Source: a virus
Virus record (IMG/VR): IMGVR_UViG_3300027791_000007
Coordinates: 32,001-96,000 of that record
Length of the DNA: 64,000 nucleotides
Strand: one strand, 5' to 3'
The translations under genes and the position numbers were made by a program. Of this stretch, positions 56,609-64,000 are shown in pieces; position 1 is the first letter of the stretch; each line of letters starts with the position of its first letter. The notes beneath the pieces were generated by a model. That model saw only the letters and a program-made list of their open reading frames with translations. It was not told where the DNA came from and searched no databases.

Positions 56609-57819
56609 TACATATCTTCTAAAGAGTTTTTGATCTTATATTCTAATGAAATCACCTCTACATTAAAACCCTTAGGCGCAATCCAAAACTCAATGTCATC
56701 CATCACCTTAGGCAACCACTTCTTGTTCCACTCTTGCATGGTCTTCCAATTGGGATGGGTGATGTAAATAGTTGCATACTTCTTCTTTGACTTTGCCTTT
56801 ACAAGTAACTTTAACTCATCTTGTAACGAATGTAAGTTAAACTTTCCAGATGAAGCGTGCATTGAAATTGAATCCTTATCAGTAGCATTTTCAAGAATAG
56901 TAGCTAATTCAGACTTGTATAGTGACCACTTCTTCCAAATCCAACCATCAGGCAACTTATCATTTAGAGTAATCGTTGTCTGTGCCTTATTGATAATCCA
57001 GTTGATTTGTCTTGTGCTCCAATTCATATCTTCCAAGTATTTAATATTATCTGTTGAGTCGGCCGGAACACCTTTCTTATTAAATGCAGCAACAATCCAT
57101 GCTACTTGGTCGTCTGGATGACCAACCTTTGTAGCCTTTTTCTGCTGAGGATTTAACAGATTAGCAAGAATTTGTAACTGTGTGACATCAAACTGATTCC
57201 AAATCTTCTTTGAGATATACATAACTGGCACCTTAATTACATGAGAAACCCTCTTTGCGGCCGCAGTAGTGTGATTACCATCAAGAATGATATCATCACC
57301 ATTCTTTCCATATCCCTTTAATACAATAATTGGATCAAAACTATCAATCTTTCCATGTAAGTCAATCATAGCATCTGCAAGAACTCCAACATGATTAGTG
57401 TCAGTATTTTCTACCCTTGTCTGATACCTCGCAAGTTCAGTAATTATTGACTTCTCAATCAACTCAATAGGTAATTCCTTAGTCTTAATCATTTGAGATA
57501 ATTCCCTCAATTCTAAATTCTTACCTACTGTCTTGAGGTACTTACCACCACCATTTGACTTGTTGTAGTATTCTTCATTGTTGTTCGCATCTACTTCTAA
57601 TAACATATTTCTCTCCAATGTCGCCATATTAATTTTAGTTCCTTGTTTCACAATCTTGTATTCATTATCACCCTCAGCAAAATCTTCCATGAAAATAGGA
57701 CACTTACTTGAATGAATATAATTAGAAATAGTTTCTCCTTTTTTTAAAACATGATAACCAATATACTTCTTTCCAGTTCCATTAACTGTGATTTCGTAAA
57801 CATAAGCTTCTTGATTCAT
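56608..57819 (-). CDS. GIY-YIG-like plus ParB-like domain protein
   Basis: AYVY...KYIGYH...LE...YYN; YQTR...PIIV...ILDGNHT; own promoter. Confidence 0.6.
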   Translation of the reverse strand: MNQEAYVYEITVNGTGKKYIGYHVLKKGETISNYIHSSKCPIFMEDFAEGDNEYKIVKQGTKINMATLERNMLLEVDANNNEEYYNKSNGGGKYLKTVGKNLELRELSQMIKTKELPIELIEKSIITELARYQTRVENTDTNHVGVLADAMIDLHGKIDSFDPIIVLKGYGKNGDDIILDGNHTTAAAKRVSHVIKVPVMYISKKIWNQFDVTQLQILANLLNPQQKKATKVGHPDDQVAWIVAAFNKKGVPADSTDNIKYLEDMNWSTRQINWIINKAQTTITLNDKLPDGWIWKKWSLYKSELATILENATDKDSISMHASSGKFNLHSLQDELKLLVKAKSKKKYATIYITHPNWKTMQEWNKKWLPKVMDDIEFWIAPKGFNVEVISLEYKIKNSLEDM

Positions 57820-57851
57820 ATTTTTTCTTTCTCTTGATTGTTTATACTAAT

Positions 57852-57880
57852 AGTATAACAGCCAAAAGTGCATTTGTCAA
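57852..57880 (-). promoter_or_regulatory. sigma70-like early promoter
   Basis: TTGACA-17-TATACT. Confidence 0.75.
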
Positions 57881-57953
57881 GTAGGGCAAAAATCTCCAGT
57901 AAAAACAAAGACTTAAATTTAACGTAAAATTTGTGTTTTAGCACAACTGCGAA

Positions 57954-59066
57954 TCACCTTATTATATCAATCTTATCCATAGTATCTTTATTCCAGACTT
58001 CAAGTTCTTTTCTTAACTTGTCCTCTCTAATCATTTTAGTGTATCTTTTAGTAGAAAGCTTCTTCCACCACTGTACTACATTTTCAAGTTCAAATCTATC
58101 ATAGTTTTCTGCTTTTGTCAAGGTATTTGTTTCACCTAGTAAAACATTTCTTGCATTTTCATATCCATATGTTGACATATAAAATCTTTTCTGTGTGGTC
58201 ACTTCTCCTGCTTTATTCATTGCATCTGTAAATAACTGATAGGCCTTTGAGTCATGTTGTTTTAATGATGCCTTAACCGTTCCCACCATCTTGGTCTGCA
58301 TCTTTAACTTTCTTGAACTTGCACCTTTATGTATTAGGTCTTCACCACCGTTTCTTTCAGTAAACCAATCTCTCATCTCCATATAGATTTCTTCTCCAAG
58401 TGTCAATAGAAACTTAGATTGAGTATCACCTTTGTATCTTAGATATGGGCGCATACCATCATACATACTACCACCTTTGATATTACCATAAAGACTTGTA
58501 GTTTCAAATAGACAGAACTTTGTATTATACTTCTTATTCAACATACGTCTAGTTGCATGAGAACAACAAATAGCTGCAAGTAACTTACCACCAAGATAAT
58601 TATACCCAAATGGTTGTGCAGGCACAATATTAAATCCCATGATAGCACGTTTGTTAAAGATATCTAAATCTGGAACACCACCAAGAAAATCATTTCTAGG
58701 TTTAGAGTTAATTAGTGGACTACCATAACGTATAAATCCTACAATAGTATTTGTAGTTGTTTCCTTAACAACTAGTTTCAAAGTCTTGCCTGGGTTTTCA
58801 TCTGGACTGAATGATGCAGTCTTTTCTAATAGTGTATCATATACCTTGTTTGGTATTTCTACAACTTGAAAGTTCATATCCTCTGGATGCATATCAAAGT
58901 CTTGAAACAAATCATCTTCAATTGACATGCCAGGCAGTGGTGACGGAATATCTTTAACTCTTTCAATCTTTCTTACACGAAAGTAATCATCAATGCGATT
59001 AAAATCTTTGAAGTATTTCATCAATTTTGTAGCAGCGTATATTGAGTCTTGTCTGTCTAGTATCAT
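57954..59066 (-). CDS. DUF4338/DruA-like GNAT-related protein
   Basis: IVGFIRYGSP..NSKPRN...GFNIVPAQPFGYNYLGGKLLA...FETTSLYG...SMYDG. Confidence 0.7.
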   Translation of the reverse strand: MILDRQDSIYAATKLMKYFKDFNRIDDYFRVRKIERVKDIPSPLPGMSIEDDLFQDFDMHPEDMNFQVVEIPNKVYDTLLEKTASFSPDENPGKTLKLVVKETTTNTIVGFIRYGSPLINSKPRNDFLGGVPDLDIFNKRAIMGFNIVPAQPFGYNYLGGKLLAAICCSHATRRMLNKKYNTKFCLFETTSLYGNIKGGSMYDGMRPYLRYKGDTQSKFLLTLGEEIYMEMRDWFTERNGGEDLIHKGASSRKLKMQTKMVGTVKASLKQHDSKAYQLFTDAMNKAGEVTTQKRFYMSTYGYENARNVLLGETNTLTKAENYDRFELENVVQWWKKLSTKRYTKMIREDKLRKELEVWNKDTMDKIDIIR

Positions 59067-61549
59067 AGAAAATCCATTAAGTTACCTTGTTGGCCATATG
59101 TGCGATCCACTGTCCATTTAAGTTTGGACACAATAAAGTTTAGTGGTTCAACAAATGACTTTTCAAATTGTTGTTCATAATCAATCATACTCTGTAATCC
59201 AAACTCATCAGGCATTTTTGTAATGAATGAAATAGAACTTGATTGGTGAGCATTTGGTATTCGTAAGTGCAAGAATTTAATCTTATCCCCTTCTTGAATG
59301 TATGGGTATTTGTTTACTAGTTTCTTTTGTTTGAGAAGATGGTTGTATAGAATTGCTCCCTTACAATGAATAGGGGCTCCTTTAGCAAATAGGGAACTAG
59401 GATCACTCCATTTCGTCAAACCGTTTACACTTCTAGGATATGCAATCATCTCTGCTGGCATGTTCATAAACTCTTCTCTAAAGTCTCGTATAAACTTATT
59501 TAGCATTTTCTCATCACCACTCATGATGATTTTCAAACCTTCTTTAATTTTGTTTCTACAAGGTTCTGGCGTAGAAGATTTTACTGCTTCAATACCCATA
59601 ATCTTTAGTTTAGGTTCTTGATAACGAACACCCTCATTATCCCACACATTAAGAATATATCGTTTCTTAGCAGTCCATATACCCTTGTCAGCGATGACTT
59701 CTCTTGACATCTCCATCTTCTGTTGGTATGCTTTCATGTAAGTAGCGAGTTCTTCATAACATGAACTGATATATGGTTCTATCTTATCCTTTGCAATGCT
59801 GTCTAGAAAATCAATTGGACTAGATGGATTAAACTTTTCTACCAAAGAACCGAATGTAACATAGATGGAATCTGTATCAGAAGCAACCACATAATCTTGA
59901 TTATCAGTTTTGAGTAAATTGTTCATATAACTATTAATCTTGTTTTCAATCCAACGAATAGATAATTGTCCAGAAGTTGTAACAGCCTCTGCCATTGCAA
60001 GGGAGTAGTATCTGAAATACTGATTACCGATAGCACCATAAGCACTGTTCAATGCAATCTTTCTTGCCATCTGAATATTATCATACTTAGAAATCTTTTT
60101 AAGTAGTTTTGGTTCTTTGGTATCTTCATATTCTTGTTTTGCCTGTAACATCTTCTTCTTGAATACGACACGATCATTGTACATGTTTTCCATCAACTCT
60201 GGAAGAAAACCTTTTGTATCTGTTCTGAACAATGCACCGTTTGGTGTCATAGTGGTATCTTTGAAAATAGATGTATCAACTTCCTTGTTTAGAAGTTTGT
60301 CCACCTTCATACCTTTTACCGTATCCAGAGATTTTAATGTTTCTGGGGAAATATTATATTGCATCATTAAGTGTGGATACAAAGAGTTCAAGTCAAAAGA
60401 CATAATCCATTTATGTTCACCGACTATAGGGTCTTTGACATATGCACCCTCAAACTTCTCTGCCTTTTCTGAATGACGTTTCTGTGGAATTACAATATTC
60501 TTTTTCTTTAGATAATTGTAAATCAGAACATCCCAATATTTAACCGAACCAAGAACATCCATGTAATTAACTTTGGCTTCATATGCCATAGTCAAACACA
60601 ATTCAATAAGTCTCATCTTATCTTCAATACGATCAACTAGTTCCACATCAAGAATGTTATAGTCAATAAAAGATTGAAAGTCTTTTGTATACCACTCACT
60701 GAAAGTTTCATATGGATTTGTATCTTTCTTTTGTCCAAGTTCTACATATGCGATATGAGTAAGTGCATATGACTCTTGACTTGTGTATGTAAACTTGTGA
60801 TATAAGTCCAAGTAATCCAAGTGAGCAACACCTCTAATATCGTAGAGTTGATGATTCCTACCATTTCTGAAAACTTCTTTATCTTGAACCATACGCCATG
60901 GTGATAATCTTTTTAGTTCATCCTCACCAAACAAGTTCTTCATACGATTACATAGATAAGGAATATCAAAAAATTCTGTATTCCAACCAGTGATAATATC
61001 TGGTGGGCTGTTTTCCCAAAAGATAAGAAACTCTTTAAGTAAATGTATTTCACTCTCACATTCAATGTAAGTTACATCGTCACGACTATTAGTATATTTA
61101 CCAACACCCCAAACAATAATTTGTTTGTTAGAATGGTTCTTTAAAGTAATTGATAGAAAAGGTTCTGCAGCCTCTTGTGGATTAGGAAACCCATTCTCAC
61201 ATTTAACCTCAATGTCAATAGTGTATATTAGAATCTGATCTAAATCCCAATTGACATCATTAGGATATTCTTCTGAAAGATAAGTATATGGATATTGGTT
61301 TAACCCCAATACCAACGATTTTTGATTCTCGTATGATTTTTGCCACTCTTTCGCATCTTTGATATTATCAAATTTGATTGGGGCAGCATTCTTGCCAGTA
61401 AGAGTTTTGAAACCGCTTACCTTTTCGCAGGGCGTGTACAAAGTTGGTTGGTATTTAACCTTACGAACTTGTCGTTTGCCGTTTACAACTTCTCTTAGAA
61501 AAAGTTGGTTTCCCCACTGTAAAATATTTGTGTAAAAGTTTATCATCAT
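59063..61549 (-). CDS. gp43: family B DNA polymerase gp43
   Basis: DIEV, GWNTEFFDIPY, SFDLNSLYP, KIALNSAYG, ASDTDS, KKRY. Confidence 0.97.
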   Translation of the reverse strand: MMINFYTNILQWGNQLFLREVVNGKRQVRKVKYQPTLYTPCEKVSGFKTLTGKNAAPIKFDNIKDAKEWQKSYENQKSLVLGLNQYPYTYLSEEYPNDVNWDLDQILIYTIDIEVKCENGFPNPQEAAEPFLSITLKNHSNKQIIVWGVGKYTNSRDDVTYIECESEIHLLKEFLIFWENSPPDIITGWNTEFFDIPYLCNRMKNLFGEDELKRLSPWRMVQDKEVFRNGRNHQLYDIRGVAHLDYLDLYHKFTYTSQESYALTHIAYVELGQKKDTNPYETFSEWYTKDFQSFIDYNILDVELVDRIEDKMRLIELCLTMAYEAKVNYMDVLGSVKYWDVLIYNYLKKKNIVIPQKRHSEKAEKFEGAYVKDPIVGEHKWIMSFDLNSLYPHLMMQYNISPETLKSLDTVKGMKVDKLLNKEVDTSIFKDTTMTPNGALFRTDTKGFLPELMENMYNDRVVFKKKMLQAKQEYEDTKEPKLLKKISKYDNIQMARKIALNSAYGAIGNQYFRYYSLAMAEAVTTSGQLSIRWIENKINSYMNNLLKTDNQDYVVASDTDSIYVTFGSLVEKFNPSSPIDFLDSIAKDKIEPYISSCYEELATYMKAYQQKMEMSREVIADKGIWTAKKRYILNVWDNEGVRYQEPKLKIMGIEAVKSSTPEPCRNKIKEGLKIIMSGDEKMLNKFIRDFREEFMNMPAEMIAYPRSVNGLTKWSDPSSLFAKGAPIHCKGAILYNHLLKQKKLVNKYPYIQEGDKIKFLHLRIPNAHQSSSISFITKMPDEFGLQSMIDYEQQFEKSFVEPLNFIVSKLKWTVDRTYGQQGNLMDFL

Positions 61550-61554
61550 GTTCC

Positions 61555-61583
61555 ATTGTATAGTAAATTGTTGGCATTGTCAA
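61555..61583 (-). promoter_or_regulatory. sigma70-like promoter; leaderless gp43 mRNA
   Basis: TTGACA-17-TACAAT, then GGAAC-ATG-ATG. Confidence 0.65.
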
Positions 61584-61588
61584 GTCTT

Positions 61589-61837
61589 TTATTCAAATAA
61601 TTCTATTTGTTTTTTCTTGTTAACTGGTTTCATTGGGAAATAAATATTAATCATTTCTAGTCTATCATGTGCGGCAGATAGTTTATCTAGTTCAGCCATA
61701 ACTGCTTCTGTTACATCTGAATGCTCTCCAATTCCTGCCGGCATTGTTTGATACACTGCAATATTTGCCTTGTGAACTTCAATTTGTCCTTCTGCATGTT
61801 TTTTTGCAGCAAAAATAATTTGTTCGCCTACTTTCAT
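61589..61837 (-). CDS. conserved hypothetical protein
   Basis: HKANI.VY...PAGIGEHSDV.EA...EL. Confidence 0.75.
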   Translation of the reverse strand: MKVGEQIIFAAKKHAEGQIEVHKANIAVYQTMPAGIGEHSDVTEAVMAELDKLSAAHDRLEMINIYFPMKPVNKKKQIELFE

Positions 61838-63306
61838 TTTGTACTCCTTTTATTGAGTTTTTGGGGTAAATCGTCCTCATCTGTTTTATCGCCTCTTTCA
61901 ATCCAATCGGATAGAACGAATCTCCTATTTGGATTGACACTTACTTGAAACAAAGTCATAATATCTCTGTTAGCAAGAAAAGTACTTCTTGAATCTTTTT
62001 CAGTAAGTCCTATTGGTACATCTAAATATTTTCTATTATTAAATGTTATGTTTACGTTAACAATAGGTCTTTCATCTATTTTTCCAACATGTTCTGGTTT
62101 GGAAACACCTTGTAAGGCACTTGTAAATTTCTTTCCGTCTTTTTCCCACTTAACTGTTCTGCCGTTAATATCTACTTTGTCAACAACAAACATTGATGCA
62201 TGTGTTCCATTTCCAGTATCGAACTTTGCTCTTAGTGGGCCGTAACCATCTATTTCAATTCTTTCTACATATCCAGATTCAGTAGGAAATGAATGTCTAC
62301 GATTATTTGGTATCATAATAAACTCTAATAACTTTTCTACAATCTTAGATGGATTTGCATCACCAATATATGCATTGTTGTCTGATTCTGTATCAGTAGC
62401 ATCATACAATGCAAAATTAGAACCAATACCAGCAGAACCATTACACTCTAAAACGTAAACATCTCCACTTACAATAGCATGGTCAACACCAACAACATAT
62501 GCACCAACTGAACGAGATGCCCTTAGAATCACTTCTCTTTCTCTATCATTCAATTTATATGGTTCTGTTGTAGCACCTCTATGTCTATTAGACCTAAAAT
62601 CTTTCTTTGCAGAAATCCTCTTTGTTGATGCTAGTATTTTACCACCAACTACAATTGTTCTTATATCACTATCGAATTTAAAATATTCTTGAATTAAAAG
62701 TTCAGCACCAAATTTCCATAATGACTGAACATTAGAAACTAAACTCTCGTAATCTTTAGCAATAGAAACACCAATACCTTGTGTACCAGTAATTGTTTTA
62801 ATGATAACTGGAAACTTACCACCAATTCTTTTTAATCCATCTTCTAGAGACTTTTCATTTGAAACTATTGATGTTCTAGGAGTCGGTATACTGTTTCTTT
62901 CAAAAGATAAGAACGCTGACATTTTATTATCACATGTCAACATACCTTCTCTATTGTTAATCATAAACGAACCAGACTTCTCAAAAGATGTTAGTAGTGC
63001 GAGTCCGATTTCATCTTCTAAAACTCCAGCACGAACAAAACACACAGTCTTTCTAGTGTTAAATTCTACATCATTATCGTTACCATCAAAATTAGATACT
63101 GTTATTATTCCAGTTTCTAAATCATTAGCAGCGATCCATGCATCTCTAACATTAATGATGTGACATTTAATATTACGTTTTTCGCAAGCTTTCTGTAAAA
63201 GATTGCTTACTAGTTCTGGTTTTTTAGATTTAACTTTGGTTAGAATTGCTACTTCAATATCAGTGTCAACTTTGGCCTCAGTAAAAAAATCGGCAAATTT
63301 TTCCAT
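61834..63306 (-). CDS. rimK: RimK-family ATP-grasp ligase fused to a retropepsin-like aspartic protease
   Basis: CDNK, FPVIIK..GTQGIGV, LIQEY, DIR, DFRSN, GVD, VLECN; C-terminal AKFDTGN...FLANR. Confidence 0.85.
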   Translation of the reverse strand: MEKFADFFTEAKVDTDIEVAILTKVKSKKPELVSNLLQKACEKRNIKCHIINVRDAWIAANDLETGIITVSNFDGNDNDVEFNTRKTVCFVRAGVLEDEIGLALLTSFEKSGSFMINNREGMLTCDNKMSAFLSFERNSIPTPRTSIVSNEKSLEDGLKRIGGKFPVIIKTITGTQGIGVSIAKDYESLVSNVQSLWKFGAELLIQEYFKFDSDIRTIVVGGKILASTKRISAKKDFRSNRHRGATTEPYKLNDREREVILRASRSVGAYVVGVDHAIVSGDVYVLECNGSAGIGSNFALYDATDTESDNNAYIGDANPSKIVEKLLEFIMIPNNRRHSFPTESGYVERIEIDGYGPLRAKFDTGNGTHASMFVVDKVDINGRTVKWEKDGKKFTSALQGVSKPEHVGKIDERPIVNVNITFNNRKYLDVPIGLTEKDSRSTFLANRDIMTLFQVSVNPNRRFVLSDWIERGDKTDEDDLPQKLNKRSTK

Positions 63307-63323
63307 ACACCATCTCCAAGGCT

Positions 63324-63755
63324 TTATATTTCTTTAGTTTCTTCTTTTTTCTTTCCAATATTATATTTTGTCTCTAAAACCCACTCATTCTTTTCTTTGA
63401 ATGAAATGATTTTGATTTGACTCAATGGTGTTATTGGTTCAGCCTCACCCTTTAGTGTTACCAGACCCCAATCACTTAATAGTTTACCGATTGTATTACG
63501 TCTTGCAACATCATTCTCACTTAAATTAGTTTCCTTACCATCTAGGGCAAAGAGTTCTTTAAAGTGAACTAAGTAATATTTACCTTGTTTATGTAGTATG
63601 TGGCAAGATTGATAGAGTTTCCTATCTTTTCTACTTGCAACACCAATTCTGGATAATGTCTCTCTCACTTTTAGAAAATCATCCGGCTCTTTTAAGACGA
63701 TTTCTAACATATCGTCTTGCTTCCAATTCAGTTTAACCTCTTCCATTTTTTCCAC
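63324..63755 (-). CDS. regA: translational repressor RegA
   Basis: DDFLKVRETLSRIGVAS...LYQSCHILHKQG.YY.VHFKELF.LDG. Confidence 0.96.
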   Translation of the reverse strand: MEKMEEVKLNWKQDDMLEIVLKEPDDFLKVRETLSRIGVASRKDRKLYQSCHILHKQGKYYLVHFKELFALDGKETNLSENDVARRNTIGKLLSDWGLVTLKGEAEPITPLSQIKIISFKEKNEWVLETKYNIGKKKEETKEI

Positions 63756-64000
63756 CTTTATTCAAACTATCTTTAATAGTCTTTATCTGTTCATCATTAA
63801 GTATACTTAGAGCGGACTTTGCCTTTTCATTACTATATCCATAATACTCTTTTACATACTCTAGATCTTTAAGTTTACTTGCTTTCAACCAAGGATTAAA
63901 TCGTTTCCTTGGTCTTAGACTATTTAGTAAAAAGTCAAACTGCAACTTATTGTCTAGGTGATGTTGACGGTTCATCTCATTTGCGAGATGTATGGTTTCT
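63733..64000 (-). CDS. gp62: clamp loader small subunit gp62 (5' part outside the window)
   Basis: ANEMN...LQFDFLLNSLRPRKRF..W...VKEYYGYS.EKA...L. Confidence 0.9.
   Translation of the reverse strand, partial: ETIHLANEMNRQHHLDNKLQFDFLLNSLRPRKRFNPWLKASKLKDLEYVKEYYGYSNEKAKSALSILNDEQIKTIKDSLNKGGKNGRG

Noticed and set aside
22554-57915. Loosely similar 21-mers upstream of two early promoters (22554-22574 and 57895-57915, opposite orientations)
   Set aside because: Only about 12 of 21 positions match in AT-rich DNA, with two copies; this is not distinguishable from chance.
57954-59066. Druantia anti-phage system
   Set aside because: Only a DUF4338/DruA-like protein is present, with no DruE helicase or partners; the context points to DNA modification or replication.
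27914-61549. Introns or inteins in nrdA, nrdB, gp41, uvsX or gp43
   Set aside because: All ORFs are continuous, of normal length and lack intein motifs.
1302-63163. Numerous 60-170 aa ORFs antisense to or nested in well-supported genes (e.g. 8126-8632, 36211-36633, 38578-39060)
   Set aside because: They are shadow ORFs with no motifs or ribosome-binding sites.
1-64000. CRISPR array, integrase/transposase, stop-codon reassignment or selenoproteins
   Set aside because: I saw no regular repeat-spacer array or mobile-element enzyme. Core genes translate intact in the standard code and use TAA, TAG and TGA as stops.

Overview
This window is part of an AT-rich (roughly one-third GC by eye) T4-like myovirus genome of marine type. 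The host is probably an alphaproteobacterium, judging from a two-piece tmRNA with alphaproteobacterial hallmarks. Gene order: baseplate/tail module (gp53, gp48, gp4, gp2, gp54-like, gp26, gp51, tape measure); gp32; gp33 with tmRNA; exonuclease, lysozyme and phoH; early accessory genes, rnh and ribosomal protein bS21; nrdAB and primase; a ~19 kb late-promoter block (spanins, fibres, internal-protein-like genes); tRNA-Arg; replication module (gp41, uvsX, gp43, regA, gp62). Main observations: (1) A probable DNA hypermodification cassette lies between gp43 and uvsX. It encodes a T4 beta-glucosyltransferase homolog, a second glycosyltransferase, Mom-like and DUF4338-like proteins and MazG, but no dCMP hydroxymethylase in the position T4 uses. 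(2) Several enzymes start with a T4 internal-protein capsid-targeting-like sequence, which suggests a packaged and ejected enzyme kit: an RNA-ligase-like protein, a P-loop kinase, HAD and PAP2 phosphatases, a HIGH nucleotidyltransferase polyprotein, a RegB-like domain and RimK. (3) A U_UUU_UUA -1 frameshift site would fuse gp26 to gp51 upstream of the tape measure. (4) A permuted tmRNA is followed by an unexplained structured RNA. (5) Key replication genes appear to have leaderless mRNAs. (6) There is an unannotated metallothionein-like peptide and an internally deleted Rieske-oxygenase-like remnant. All family assignments come from motifs and synteny read by eye; no database searches were run.
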